NCBI GenBank assembly: GCA_028286725.1
Contig: JAQBQZ010000009.1
Coordinates: 1,408-65,407 of the forward strand
From: Candidatus Tayloriibacteriota bacterium
GTDB lineage: Bacteria > Patescibacteriota > Minisyncoccia > Phycocordibacterales > CAIRYW01
Reading direction: 5' to 3'
Length of the DNA stretch: 64,000 nucleotides
The position numbers and the translations under genes are program-made. Under the pieces are notes generated by a model. It ran no database searches and was not told the origin of the DNA. It saw only the letters and a program-made list of their open reading frames with translations. This document shows, in pieces, positions 1-9,300 of the stretch; positions within the stretch are counted from its first letter, which is position 1, and each line of letters starts with the position of its first letter.

Positions 1-146
1 TATCGGGATAGTTGTTCTACTTAATTATCGACGCATCTCGTGCGGGATAACCTTTGTTTCCAAAACTGCTTGTTTAAGACTCGAACCGATTTCGAGCGAA
101 GTTATCAGGCTCGAGACCCTTGACAAACTCGTGCGCACGTGTTGAC

Positions 147-215
147 TGGGGAACTAGGACTCGAACCTAGATACTATGCGCCAAAGGCACATGTCCTACC
201 ATTAGACGATTCCCC
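147..215 (-). tRNA. tRNA-Gln (anticodon TTG)
   Basis: Reverse complement folds as a cloverleaf with acceptor GGGGAAT/GTTCCCC, anticodon stem TGTGC/GCATA, loop CTTTGGC and T-loop GGTTCGAGTCC. No encoded CCA. Confidence 0.7.
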
Positions 216-354
216 AACGTCCATAAATACTATTTATAGTAGGCATAGAATACCTTTTTTTGATCAAAAAATCAAAGATTCATTTTAATTTTATTTCCTC
301 ACCAAAGGAATCAAAACACTTTTAGGACCATAGGGATAGCATAAAAAATGAATA

Positions 355-395
355 TAAAAAACAGACACGGAAGGATGAACCTTTCGTGTCTGTGT
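355..395 (-). terminator. intrinsic terminator hairpin downstream of the acyltransferase gene
   Basis: 9-bp stem ACAGACACG/CGTGTCTGT (361-394) followed on the minus strand by a T-rich run. Confidence 0.55.
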
Positions 396-423
396 CCTGA
401 TTTAGTGCAACCAAACAACCCAA

Positions 424-1440
424 TCAACCAATGAGCCGACCCGCAAGTTCCTCCATTCGAGCGGTACCATAGGGGCCCTTTTCTGCAACATTTGGAGCCA
501 GAGCCGCAATGAGCAGCATCATTCCATCCGCAATGATTCGATCATTATATGAACAACGATCGAGGAACGTATTCCCGCAGATCATTTGCCCAATTCGCAG
601 ATTTGCTTGACCACGCTCTACCGAGTCAAATACTTGGTTGTATTCATTGGGACCTCGCCTGACTGGCAAGAGATTGGTGGCGCCGCTCACAAAGGTGGGC
701 AGAATATAGAATGGTTTATCTGTCCTGCCGCTAATCAGTTTCGGAATGCAGGAAGTTTTTGCTTCACCTTGTTTGAGACAGCCTTCACCGCGACCACCTT
801 CAGGATAAAGAACAGTAAACTGTCCTCCCTGTTTTGTCCGCTCCACAAGAGCAGTCATGGCACGCATATTCTGCATGACCATTTCACCTTTGAGTTCGGC
901 GGTAATCTGCTCGATAACACCAGTTCCAGTTTGGTTTTTGACCGAGTAGATCTGGTAGCGGTCAAGCGATGTGCTGAACACCATCGGCGCCAAAAAGACG
1001 TTGACGATGTGGCCAGACATATAAGCCCAGCCCCGTGTTGTATCATCACCAAACGACCTCTTGATGAGCATTTCAAAAACGCCAGTGTCGGCACCCGAGC
1101 GATGGTTTTGGACAACGAGAACATTGGCTCCGGTTTTTGCAACCTCGATCGCTTCGGCCAAATACTCTTGACCAGCAATAGCACTGTCCGAACTGAGCGC
1201 CCGATCAAGAACAATCTGAACAAGTTCGCGAGCATGAGGGATATGGGTCACGAAACCCTGGGTCATCCAATGACTGAGATTTGCAATGCAAATGTCGAGT
1301 GTCAGTTTGGTAAGGTGCATGATCCTCTGAGAATCAGTGGCTTCTAGAAGAAGTCGCAGGCACATCTTGTGCATGCTCTCCATAACATACCTTCTAGTGG
1401 TTTCGTGATTTTGAAGTAGTGGGAATGCAGTGGTGTTCAT
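424..1440 (-). CDS. PlsC/GPAT-family acyltransferase (glycerol-3-phosphate / lysophospholipid acyltransferase-like)
   Basis: 338-aa ORF containing the H(X4)D acyltransferase motif (VVQNHRSGADTG) and a second PEGGRG motif (LYPEGGRGEG). Confidence 0.7.
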   Translation of the reverse strand: MNTTAFPLLQNHETTRRYVMESMHKMCLRLLLEATDSQRIMHLTKLTLDICIANLSHWMTQGFVTHIPHARELVQIVLDRALSSDSAIAGQEYLAEAIEVAKTGANVLVVQNHRSGADTGVFEMLIKRSFGDDTTRGWAYMSGHIVNVFLAPMVFSTSLDRYQIYSVKNQTGTGVIEQITAELKGEMVMQNMRAMTALVERTKQGGQFTVLYPEGGRGEGCLKQGEAKTSCIPKLISGRTDKPFYILPTFVSGATNLLPVRRGPNEYNQVFDSVERGQANLRIGQMICGNTFLDRCSYNDRIIADGMMLLIAALAPNVAEKGPYGTARMEELAGRLIG

Positions 1441-1528
1441 CTTTGAGTTTGGGTACGGTTGAGATTGTGAATTGAGATTTTGTGCACTAATTTTTGAAGA
1501 GCACTTTTGTTATTTAATAACATTTTTT

Positions 1529-1563
1529 TGACAAAAAGTCAATAATACTATTATATTTTCATG
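1529..1563 (+). promoter_or_regulatory. candidate sigma70-like promoter (TTGACA - 15-17 nt - TATTAT) upstream of the 1634 gene
   Basis: TTGACAaaaagtcaataatacTATTAT lies about 70 nt before the ATG at 1634. Confidence 0.35.
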
Positions 1564-1633
1564 ACATGTCGACATCGCGCATAATCACCACATTACCCTA
1601 CCACCCTAAAAATCAGAGTGGTATAATATAAAT

Positions 1634-2224
1634 ATGAAAAAAACATACACAATCATAGGATTATTAATCATTATTATTGGCCTTATTTTTATTTTCAAAA
1701 AAGATGACACGGTAGCCCCTGTTGTCACTGATAGCAATACTCCAGTTTATACAAATCCGACACAGTCATTCTCTGTTTCTGTACCAAAAGATTTTACAAT
1801 TGACGAGAAATATTCATACAATATCTCCCCAACTCGAAGCATAAGCGGTACAAAGTATACAATTCCCGCAAGTCTTGCTAAGGGTACAAATTTGAGCACT
1901 GATTCATATGTTTCAGTCGAATCAATTCCTGATGCGGATTCTTGTACTGCAGAAAGATTTTTTGAATCTGCTCCACAGGCACCTGACACAGTCACAGAGA
2001 ACGGTGTGACATATTCTGTAAACTCTACACAAGACGCAGGCGCTGGTAATAGATATGAGGAAACAGTATATGCAATTAAAGATTCTAAGCCTTGTATCGC
2101 AGTCAGATATTTTATCCACTATGGAGCTATCCAGAACTATCCTGAAGGAGCAGTCAAAGAGTTCGATCGATCAGCACTCCTCCAACAGTTTGATGCAATC
2201 AGAAAGAGTTTGAAAATCAAATAA
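1634..2224 (+). CDS. hypothetical membrane-anchored/secreted protein
   Basis: 196 aa with an N-terminal hydrophobic anchor (IIGLLIIIIGLIFIF) and a Thr/Ser-rich ectodomain. A terminator follows. Confidence 0.6.
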   Translation: MKKTYTIIGLLIIIIGLIFIFKKDDTVAPVVTDSNTPVYTNPTQSFSVSVPKDFTIDEKYSYNISPTRSISGTKYTIPASLAKGTNLSTDSYVSVESIPDADSCTAERFFESAPQAPDTVTENGVTYSVNSTQDAGAGNRYEETVYAIKDSKPCIAVRYFIHYGAIQNYPEGAVKEFDRSALLQQFDAIRKSLKIK

Positions 2225-2239
2225 TCTCTTATCAAAACT

Positions 2240-2265
2240 CAGCCGCAATGCGGCTGGGTTTTTTG
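2240..2265 (+). terminator. rho-independent terminator
   Basis: CAGCCGcaatGCGGCTG hairpin followed by a TTTTTT run. Confidence 0.7.
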
Positions 2266-2308
2266 TTTATCACTTTCTCCTCAATTCATTTTATGCTAAA
2301 GTGCTCAA

Positions 2309-3019
2309 ATGAAATTAATACAAATAAATATTGAAGGAGATAAACATTTTGATCTTGTTTATGACTTTATCTCTCGAGAGAATCCTGATGTTATTACTAT
2401 GCAAGAGATTTTTGAGAATGAGTTTGAAAAATTCAAGTCAAAATATTCTATATATGGAGTATATGCCCCACTCTATATCATTAATGGCCGTACCATAGGT
2501 ACCGCAATATTCTGCAAAACAGAGATTGTTGCACATAATATTGAATCTTATTTAAAATCAGTGCAAGAGGTAACTAATGCCAATAGTTTTTCTTTCCCTA
2601 TGAGCGATGCACATTGTTCCCTTTTGTCGGCAGAAATAGTACATAATGATCAAATTTTTAACTTTATGACAACTCACTTCCCTGTTAATTACCCAGGAAG
2701 TAAAGTATCAGATTTTCAAAGAGAGTGTTTCAAAAAGATGGACGCAATACTTAAGAACAAAAAAGATTTTATCCTTTCAGGAGATACTAATTGCCCTCGA
2801 GGAACAGAACTCTTTGATTCTCTTGCAAAAGATTATAAAGATAATATACCAAAGGACGCTGTAACAACGATCGACGAAAAGATACATCGTGCAGGATTTA
2901 TGCCCTATGTTATTGACTGCCTCTTTACAACTTCTGAATACAAAGTGACAAATGTAAAATTAGTAAGTGGGGTAAGTGACCATTTGGGGATTGTTGCAGA
3001 AATTGAAAAAGTAATATGA
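2309..3019 (+). CDS. endonuclease/exonuclease/phosphatase (EEP) family protein
   Basis: 236 aa with an N-terminal TMQE motif, an internal SGDTN motif and the C-terminal SDHLGIVAEI (SDH) motif typical of the DNase I-like EEP fold. Confidence 0.65.
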   Translation: MKLIQINIEGDKHFDLVYDFISRENPDVITMQEIFENEFEKFKSKYSIYGVYAPLYIINGRTIGTAIFCKTEIVAHNIESYLKSVQEVTNANSFSFPMSDAHCSLLSAEIVHNDQIFNFMTTHFPVNYPGSKVSDFQRECFKKMDAILKNKKDFILSGDTNCPRGTELFDSLAKDYKDNIPKDAVTTIDEKIHRAGFMPYVIDCLFTTSEYKVTNVKLVSGVSDHLGIVAEIEKVI

Positions 3020-3145
3020 TATAATTTATATATTATAAGTTTTAAATTCACCCGAGAAAATTTTGATTGATGAAAAACTTTGTTTTTCTGCATTAGACTT
3101 TGTCTAATGCGTCAATCAAAACTTTAGCGGGTAAAAAATAAATAT

Positions 3146-3217
3146 ATGGGAAAAGGAGATAATTCACAGAAGAAAGATAAGAAGAAGCCAAAGAAGCCTA
3201 AAGCTGAGAAGAAATAA
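3146..3217 (+). CDS. Lys-rich micro-ORF (MGKGDNSQKKDKKKPKKPKAEKK), speculative
   Basis: 23-codon ORF preceded by a nested hairpin (3058-3120) and followed by a strong terminator. No homology assignable by eye. Confidence 0.2.
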   Translation: MGKGDNSQKKDKKKPKKPKAEKK

Positions 3218-3223
3218 TAAAAA

Positions 3224-3263
3224 GAAAATGCACCGCAGCTACGCTGCGGTGCATTTTCTTTTT
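3224..3263. terminator. bidirectional intrinsic terminator
   Basis: AAAATGCACCGCAGctacGCTGCGGTGCATTTT, a perfect 14-bp stem flanked by an A-run and a T-run. It serves the minus-strand dnaX gene. Confidence 0.75.
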
Positions 3264-3278
3264 ATCCTCATTTACTTT

Positions 3279-4322
3279 CTACTCCCCACTTACAACTTGT
3301 ATGAGAGTAGCTTCTAATACTATTTCAGGTAATGAAGAGTAGCTCACCTTGTCATACACATCAAGGAGCTTCAGAAGCGCCTCAGAATTGATATTTGTAT
3401 CCTTCCCTTTTTTATCACTATGAGATTTGATAAATTCATATGTCTCTTTGGTCAAAGTCGCCTTTTGCGTATCATCAAATTCTTTTGAAATACGAACGAG
3501 CATTATGGCACGAATCTTTTCAAGCACCATCTTGAGAAATGCTTTAATATCGAGATTATCCTTTCTTATATTTGAGATGACATCAAGAGCTTTTGAAATA
3601 TCTTTGACGTTTATTGCTTGAATAAGATCGTTCACAAGCCCAGATTTTGGAACCCCTGAAATATCTTCAACACTTTGAAGTGATATTGTTTTACTTGTAA
3701 TACCAGAGATTACTTTTTGGAGCGCTCCATGCGCATCACGAAACGATCCGTCAGCAGTGAGTGCCAGGACGTCAGCAGCCTCATCTTCAATATCGTATCC
3801 TTCCTTTTTTGCTGTCCGAGAGATCACCTCTTTGAGGACACTTTGATCTGGTTTTCGGAATCGGTAGAGTTCTGATCGAGAAATGATAGTATCCGGAATC
3901 TTCTCCATTTCTGTAGTAGCGAGTATGAATATAATGTGCGCTGGCGGCTCTTCCAGAGTCTTTAGAAGCGCATTCCACGCATCTCTAGAGAGCATGTGTG
4001 CCTCATCTAAAATATATATTTTATATTTTGAATCAAATGGCATAGTGTTGACCGCCTCTTTGATCGCACGAATGTCATCAATACCTCTGTTTGACGCGGC
4101 ATCTATTTCATAGAGATCATTCCCGGTCACCCCAAGCGCATCTGCAAAGATTCTTGCGATACTAGTCTTTCCTGTTCCACGAGTACCTGCAAATATATAC
4201 GCATGAGCAATCTTGCCTGACTTCAAAGAATTTTGAAGTGCTCCTACAACTGCATCCTGTCCGATCACTTCGTCGAATTTGCTTGGACGATATTTACGAT
4301 ATAAAGTTTGATTCTGATTCAT
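3279..4322 (-). CDS. dnaX: DNA polymerase III subunit gamma/tau (short form)
   Basis: N-terminus YRKYRPSKFDEVIGQ, Walker A GTRGTGKTS, the DEAHML box and sensor motifs. 347 aa. Confidence 0.9.
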   Translation of the reverse strand: MNQNQTLYRKYRPSKFDEVIGQDAVVGALQNSLKSGKIAHAYIFAGTRGTGKTSIARIFADALGVTGNDLYEIDAASNRGIDDIRAIKEAVNTMPFDSKYKIYILDEAHMLSRDAWNALLKTLEEPPAHIIFILATTEMEKIPDTIISRSELYRFRKPDQSVLKEVISRTAKKEGYDIEDEAADVLALTADGSFRDAHGALQKVISGITSKTISLQSVEDISGVPKSGLVNDLIQAINVKDISKALDVISNIRKDNLDIKAFLKMVLEKIRAIMLVRISKEFDDTQKATLTKETYEFIKSHSDKKGKDTNINSEALLKLLDVYDKVSYSSLPEIVLEATLIQVVSGE

Positions 4323-4402
4323 TGCGATATTATAACAGAGATTCAGTATTTATAAAAAATGAGCTCGTACACCGAAGTGTATGAGCTCACACAATTCATT
4401 CA

Positions 4403-4765
4403 TCAATCACTCTCTATAAGTCGGAGTTCACCTTTTTCCATATAGAGGAGTCTTGAGCAGCTTCCAGCATGCTCTGGATCAAGAGGAATCGAAAAGGATC
4501 TTCGACGATCAGGAGATTTCACTCCTCTGACCAACTCCTGAATGATTCCTCCAGGAGTTTTAGCCTTAAACTCGACTCCATATGTTCTTGCAGATGCATA
4601 TGTTGTGAGAACCCGCACAGCGCACGCTCGTGAGACCCTTGGATTCGGATCATCATTGTGGATGGATGCGTAGGTTAAAGCCGCAAAACATGAAATAAGA
4701 CAGATGCATACAAGGAGTTCAACGCGTGTGAACCCCCGATTCTTACTACGGGATGAGAATTTCAT
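4403..4765 (-). CDS. type IV pilin / pseudopilin-like protein (prepilin N-terminal methylation motif)
   Basis: Internal Met start MKFSSRSKNR followed by GFTRVELLVCICLISCFAAL. This is a class III signal with the G-F-T-x-V-E-L cleavage/methylation motif plus a hydrophobic helix. The upstream in-frame His-rich ORF extension is judged non-coding. Confidence 0.65.
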   Translation of the reverse strand: MKFSSRSKNRGFTRVELLVCICLISCFAALTYASIHNDDPNPRVSRACAVRVLTTYASARTYGVEFKAKTPGGIIQELVRGVKSPDRRRSFSIPLDPEHAGSCSRLLYMEKGELRLIESD

Positions 4766-4947
4766 AGTCTGGTTGTTGGCTGCTGGGTGGAGTTGAACAT
4801 GAATTGTGAAGGACATGTTCTGGGATAAAATTATGGCACGAGAATGGAAGGATTGCAATAAATTTAAGCAAACGAAAACGACGCACCCCCCGAGGAAGTG
4901 CGCCGTTATTTGATGAGACCCACATAAGGTCACGTGTTTCTTCGCCT

Positions 4948-5067
4948 TTAGAAGGCAGGGGCAGGGGCGTTCGGGCGGCCGGCGTTGGTGGCGGAGAAGA
5001 TGCCAGTGAGTGCGTTGCCAGCCATTTGAGCGGCGCCGATGATGCAGGTGAGGATGCGAGTTTTCAT
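4948..5067 (-). CDS. small GC-rich ORF encoding an Ala/Gly-rich 39-aa peptide (speculative)
   Basis: MKTRILTCIIGAAQMAGNALTGIFSATNAGRPNAPAPAF. It sits in a GC-rich patch and is followed by a GC hairpin. No recognisable family. Confidence 0.2.
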   Translation of the reverse strand: MKTRILTCIIGAAQMAGNALTGIFSATNAGRPNAPAPAF

Positions 5068-5274
5068 GATGAGGATGCGGATGTTTAACCAGTGTTTGTT
5101 GATGTTGTAGCGCTGCGCACACATGTTACCGAAAAGCCTTCGTGGGACGAAGAAATCAAGGAACAAGCGATTGCATTAAGATAAATAATACTCCCCACGC
5201 ACGAGAACGCAAATAGCTATCCACACCCCATCCATAGTTCACCTTAAGGTGAACTATGGGACATTTAAAGATTT

Positions 5275-5322
5275 AAAAAACTGCAACAATTTCTAAGGCT
5301 GTAGAAATTGTTGCAGTTTTTT
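5275..5322. terminator. bidirectional terminator downstream of dus
   Basis: CTGCAACAATTTCTAaggctgTAGAAATTGTTGCAG, a perfect 15-bp stem with an A-run and a T-run. Confidence 0.75.
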
Positions 5323-5324
5323 AG

Positions 5325-6305
5325 TTAAGAATTCAAACTTTTAGAATTTAATTTTAAAAATTCATTTATCAAAACCTCCACTTCCCCTGCGTTTTCTGTA
5401 TTCATGAGTGCAGCACAAAGCTCTTTTGAATCAGGGATTTGTTTTAAATAGGATTTGAAATGCTTTTTCATTATATGAAAGCTTTTTGTTCCTCCAAGTT
5501 TTTCGTTGTAGATTTTTGTGTGTTCCAAAAGCGCATTCAATCTTTCTTGTGGTGTCACATCTGCCCTTTCACTAAAAAGAAAAGGGTTACCGAATATTCC
5601 ACGGCCAATCATTACTCCATCTGCACCAGTTTCTTCGACTTTTTTTCTCGCAGCTGCAACATCTTCAACATCCCCATTTCCAAAAATAAGGGTTTCTGAT
5701 TTGAGCTCGTCTCGTATCTCTACGGCTCGCTTTATTCTCTCCCATCGAGCCGGAACTTTACTCATCTCCTTTCTAGTTCTTGCATGGATCGTGATAACTG
5801 CAGGTTCAGCAGACAAAAGTATTGGTAGCCATGCTTCTAATTCATCAGTATTGTATCCGAGACGAGTCTTCACTGACACAGGCATATCACCTGCTCCTCT
5901 TTTGGCAGCTGCGATAACTTCTTTTGCAAGTGATGGATTTTTGATCATCGCCGAGCCACACCCTTGTCGTTCGATCGATTTGTCTGGACAACCCATATTG
6001 ATATCTACTCCATCAAATCCGAGTTCTCGTACAAGCTTACATGCCTTTTCCATATTCTCAGGTTTTGAAGAGAAGAGCTGCGCCACGATCGGTCGTTCGA
6101 TCTCTGAATACAACAAGTCTTTCAGAAGCTTCTGCTTCCCCGCCTCTGGAGCGAGCACAAGCCCGTCTGCGGAGACGAATTCAGTCCACATCACAGATGG
6201 CTTGCCGTATTTTGCGATCACATATCGAAAAGACACATCCGTGACATCAGCCATAGGAGCCAAGACCATGATTGGTTTTTTGAGATTTTTCCAAAAGTTT
6301 TTCAT
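5325..6305 (-). CDS. dusB: tRNA-dihydrouridine synthase
   Basis: MVLAPMADVTD N-terminal motif and the TIM-barrel FMN-binding Dus family. 326 aa. Confidence 0.9.
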   Translation of the reverse strand: MKNFWKNLKKPIMVLAPMADVTDVSFRYVIAKYGKPSVMWTEFVSADGLVLAPEAGKQKLLKDLLYSEIERPIVAQLFSSKPENMEKACKLVRELGFDGVDINMGCPDKSIERQGCGSAMIKNPSLAKEVIAAAKRGAGDMPVSVKTRLGYNTDELEAWLPILLSAEPAVITIHARTRKEMSKVPARWERIKRAVEIRDELKSETLIFGNGDVEDVAAARKKVEETGADGVMIGRGIFGNPFLFSERADVTPQERLNALLEHTKIYNEKLGGTKSFHIMKKHFKSYLKQIPDSKELCAALMNTENAGEVEVLINEFLKLNSKSLNS

Positions 6306-6398
6306 ATTGCCATAATATACATTAAAAGTGGAAATTAAACACGTGAGGATCTTTGAAATACAAAATGCAGTGCAACCTTCGGTTGCGCTACATTTAAA

Positions 6399-9300
6399 TT
6401 ATTTCCCTTTTAGCATTGCATTTATGAACGTCTTTGTCACCGGTCCAAAATATCCTGAAGCAGGTTTGATATGATGATCCTTCTGGAATTTAATGAGAGC
6501 AACTTTGGTAGCAGGTCCAAACTTTGTCGTCTCTTTTCCTGGGGAACCTGCTCCTGTCTTTGCAACAATGTATCCTTGTGCATTAAGGAAGATTTGGAGG
6601 TTTTTGATTTCGGGAGAGGTGTTGCCGAGTATTGCAGTTTTAGTGAAAGTAAATGTAGAAGATAATGGGTTGGTTGCAGGTGTAGATGGTGGAGTAACTG
6701 TTGGAGTAGAGGTTGCTGTAGGAGTTTGAAGAATGAGGATGTTTGGAACAGGTGAACCTCCACCACTTGAGAGAATGTTAGTGAAGTTTGAGTTGTAGGT
6801 ACCTCCACCTGAACTTGGTACGGGAGTTGTGTTTGTTACAGTGACACCTGAGACGGGTTGTAAGTCATTGCCTGCAAGATCTTTTGTATGTGGGTCATTT
6901 GCATTCGCATAATTAAGAGTGATGATATCACTTGATATAACTGATTCATTGAGTGTGAAAGTGATTGTGTTGCCACTTACCACAGGACTCACCGCTTGAG
7001 GATATTCTCCTCCTGTATTTATGCCTATGAGGTAGTTGTAGAGACTTGGACTGTTTGAGAGGATGGGTTCGTTCAAGGTAACTACGAGTTTGTTACCGCT
7101 CACTGTTGCAGAAGAAATTTGGGGAGGGGTGGTGTCTGGTGTGCCACTCGCTGTTGTGGTAAATGTCTGTTCAGTTGATGTTGAGATGCTTCCCGCTGTA
7201 TCAGTTGAGACTGCGACGAAGTAGTATTGTGTGTTTGAAGAAAGTCCTGAGAGATCGATCGAGTGTGAAGTGTTAAATGATGCATCATTCACTTCGGATA
7301 TATATGTACCACTTACTGTCCCGTAGGAGACTTTCGAATTGGAGGATTCGTCAGGGGTGGACCAGGAGATATTTGCGGTTGTTGTAGTGGTTGATGATGC
7401 GATGGAGGAGATTTGGGGAGAGGTGGTGTCGATAGTCACCGTAAGTGCAGGCGATGCCCCACTTTCATTACCTACAGAATCTACCTCCTTGTATGTGACA
7501 GTATGTACTCCATCACTTAAAGTCGTGCTTGTAATTGTAAAATTACCTGCATTACATCCAATATAATTATTTAATGTTTCATCTACATACAGATTGACCT
7601 GAATATCAGTACATGTTCCAGTAAATGTCGGCGTTGTGTCGCTCGTTATATTATCGGTTGATGAAATGCCGGTATCACTTGAAGAGTCCAAGTTTGGTGC
7701 AGAAGAGGGGGTGGAGGGTGCGACACCGTCTATCACCAAATCTTTATTATAACTAAGAGACCCTTCGTCACCTGGGGCAGGAAGTGTAAGTGTTACATCA
7801 TTACCAGCCTCATCTTTTATATTACCGGAAAGTGACTCTGTTGTATCGTAATCAAAATCCGATGAACTATATCCTGGTTGTACAATATATAGATATGACA
7901 AAATGTTAGTTATAGATCCAGAACTAGCATACACATTTTGAGCGCCATCAAACCTCAATACAGAATCACCAGTCAGAATTACATTCCCGTTGAATTGAAC
8001 CTGAATATTAATCGCATCTCCAGTTTTGTAGGTTCCATCTGGAGTGTTTGATGTGACATTTGTCACAAACAAAGGCGTTGTTTGAATTGTTAGAGTCATC
8101 GAATCAGAAAGTGCACTTGAGTTCCCGGCAAGATCTGATTGTTGTGCAGTCAAATAATGAGCACCTTCTGCAAAAGAAAGATTAAACACAGCAGACGATC
8201 CATCACAAGTGGAAGTATCTAGTCCCGTACCACTGTCATACATGGAAACTGTATCACCCGCTTCATCACAAGACACCGTAAGTGTTGGATTCGTATTTGA
8301 AGTTATGTTATCAGTATTTGAAACACCAGTGTCTGAGCCAGGAGCGAGGTCTGGAATACTGGGAGTGTTTGGGGATGTGGTATCAACCGTCACAGAAAGG
8401 GCTGGAGAAAAACCAGAAGATTTGCCAGCAACAGTTGATGCCTTGTATTTAAATAAATTTACACCATCAGCTGTTGCATCACTTATTATTGAAAAAAGGC
8501 TGCCGGCACAAGTCTGGGGACTCCCAGTTACAACACCATCATTATACAAAGTAATAATATCACCGTCAGTACAAGGTCCTTCGAATGTCAGTGAACCAAA
8601 ATTGGTTATGTTATCAGTATCTGATAACCCAGTATCACTGCCGACATAAAGATCTGGTGCGGTGTCCGGAGTGTCAGGTGTATGCGCATCTATTGTTAAA
8701 TTCAAAGCTTCGCTTTCGACAGAGTCTCCATTAGCATTCGATTGTATTGCAGTAAGTGAATAATTACCATCAGATACTAGTAAAGGATGAAAAGTTGCAA
8801 TACTATCAACGCAAGTTTGGGTCACCAAAAGCGAACCATCAGCATAAAGTGTGACAGAATCATCGGACACACAACTTACCGTAACTGTCGGAGTGCTACT
8901 ACTTGTAATATTATCTCCCAAAATACCTGTATCACTTTCGTCCGTAAGGGTTGGAGTACCTGGAGTTGTTGGAAGATATAAACAAGATCCATCATCGTCT
9001 GTTGCAGAAGGGTCGTAATTTATTGCGTATAGATCTGTACATCCTGGATGAGTAGTTGTATTACTAACAGTCACCGATAGCGCATTTTCACCCAAATTGC
9101 CTGCATCATCTCGTGCAACGGCTTTGAGATAATATACACCGTCTGCATAATCCCCACTACTCCAAGATATTGTGTATGGTGAAGAAGTTATTTCGCTTCC
9201 AAGGTTTGAATAACTGTTACCACCATCAACACTGATCATAAACTGCAGACCAGCAACTGTAGCGGAATCATCAGATGCATCAGCAGCAATATCTACAGAT

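Noticed and set aside
50-140. Possible second tRNA or tRNA fragment on the minus strand (CTCGAAATCGGTTCGAGTC)
   Set aside because: Only a T-arm-like segment (GGTTCGAGTC, shared with the adjacent tRNA-Gln) is present. No acceptor, D or anticodon arms can be drawn. It is more likely another partial tRNA-end copy.
586-1347. 253-aa plus-strand ORF (and a nested 126-aa minus ORF) overlapping the acyltransferase gene
   Set aside because: It is antisense and out of frame to a motif-bearing gene and has no recognisable features. It is a typical shadow ORF.
4766-5122. His/Pro/Arg-rich 5' extension of ORF 4403..5122 (HPHPHHENSHPHLHHRRR...)
   Set aside because: The low-complexity translation reflects a GC-rich non-coding stretch. 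The real gene starts at the internal Met (4765) that creates a canonical prepilin N-terminus.
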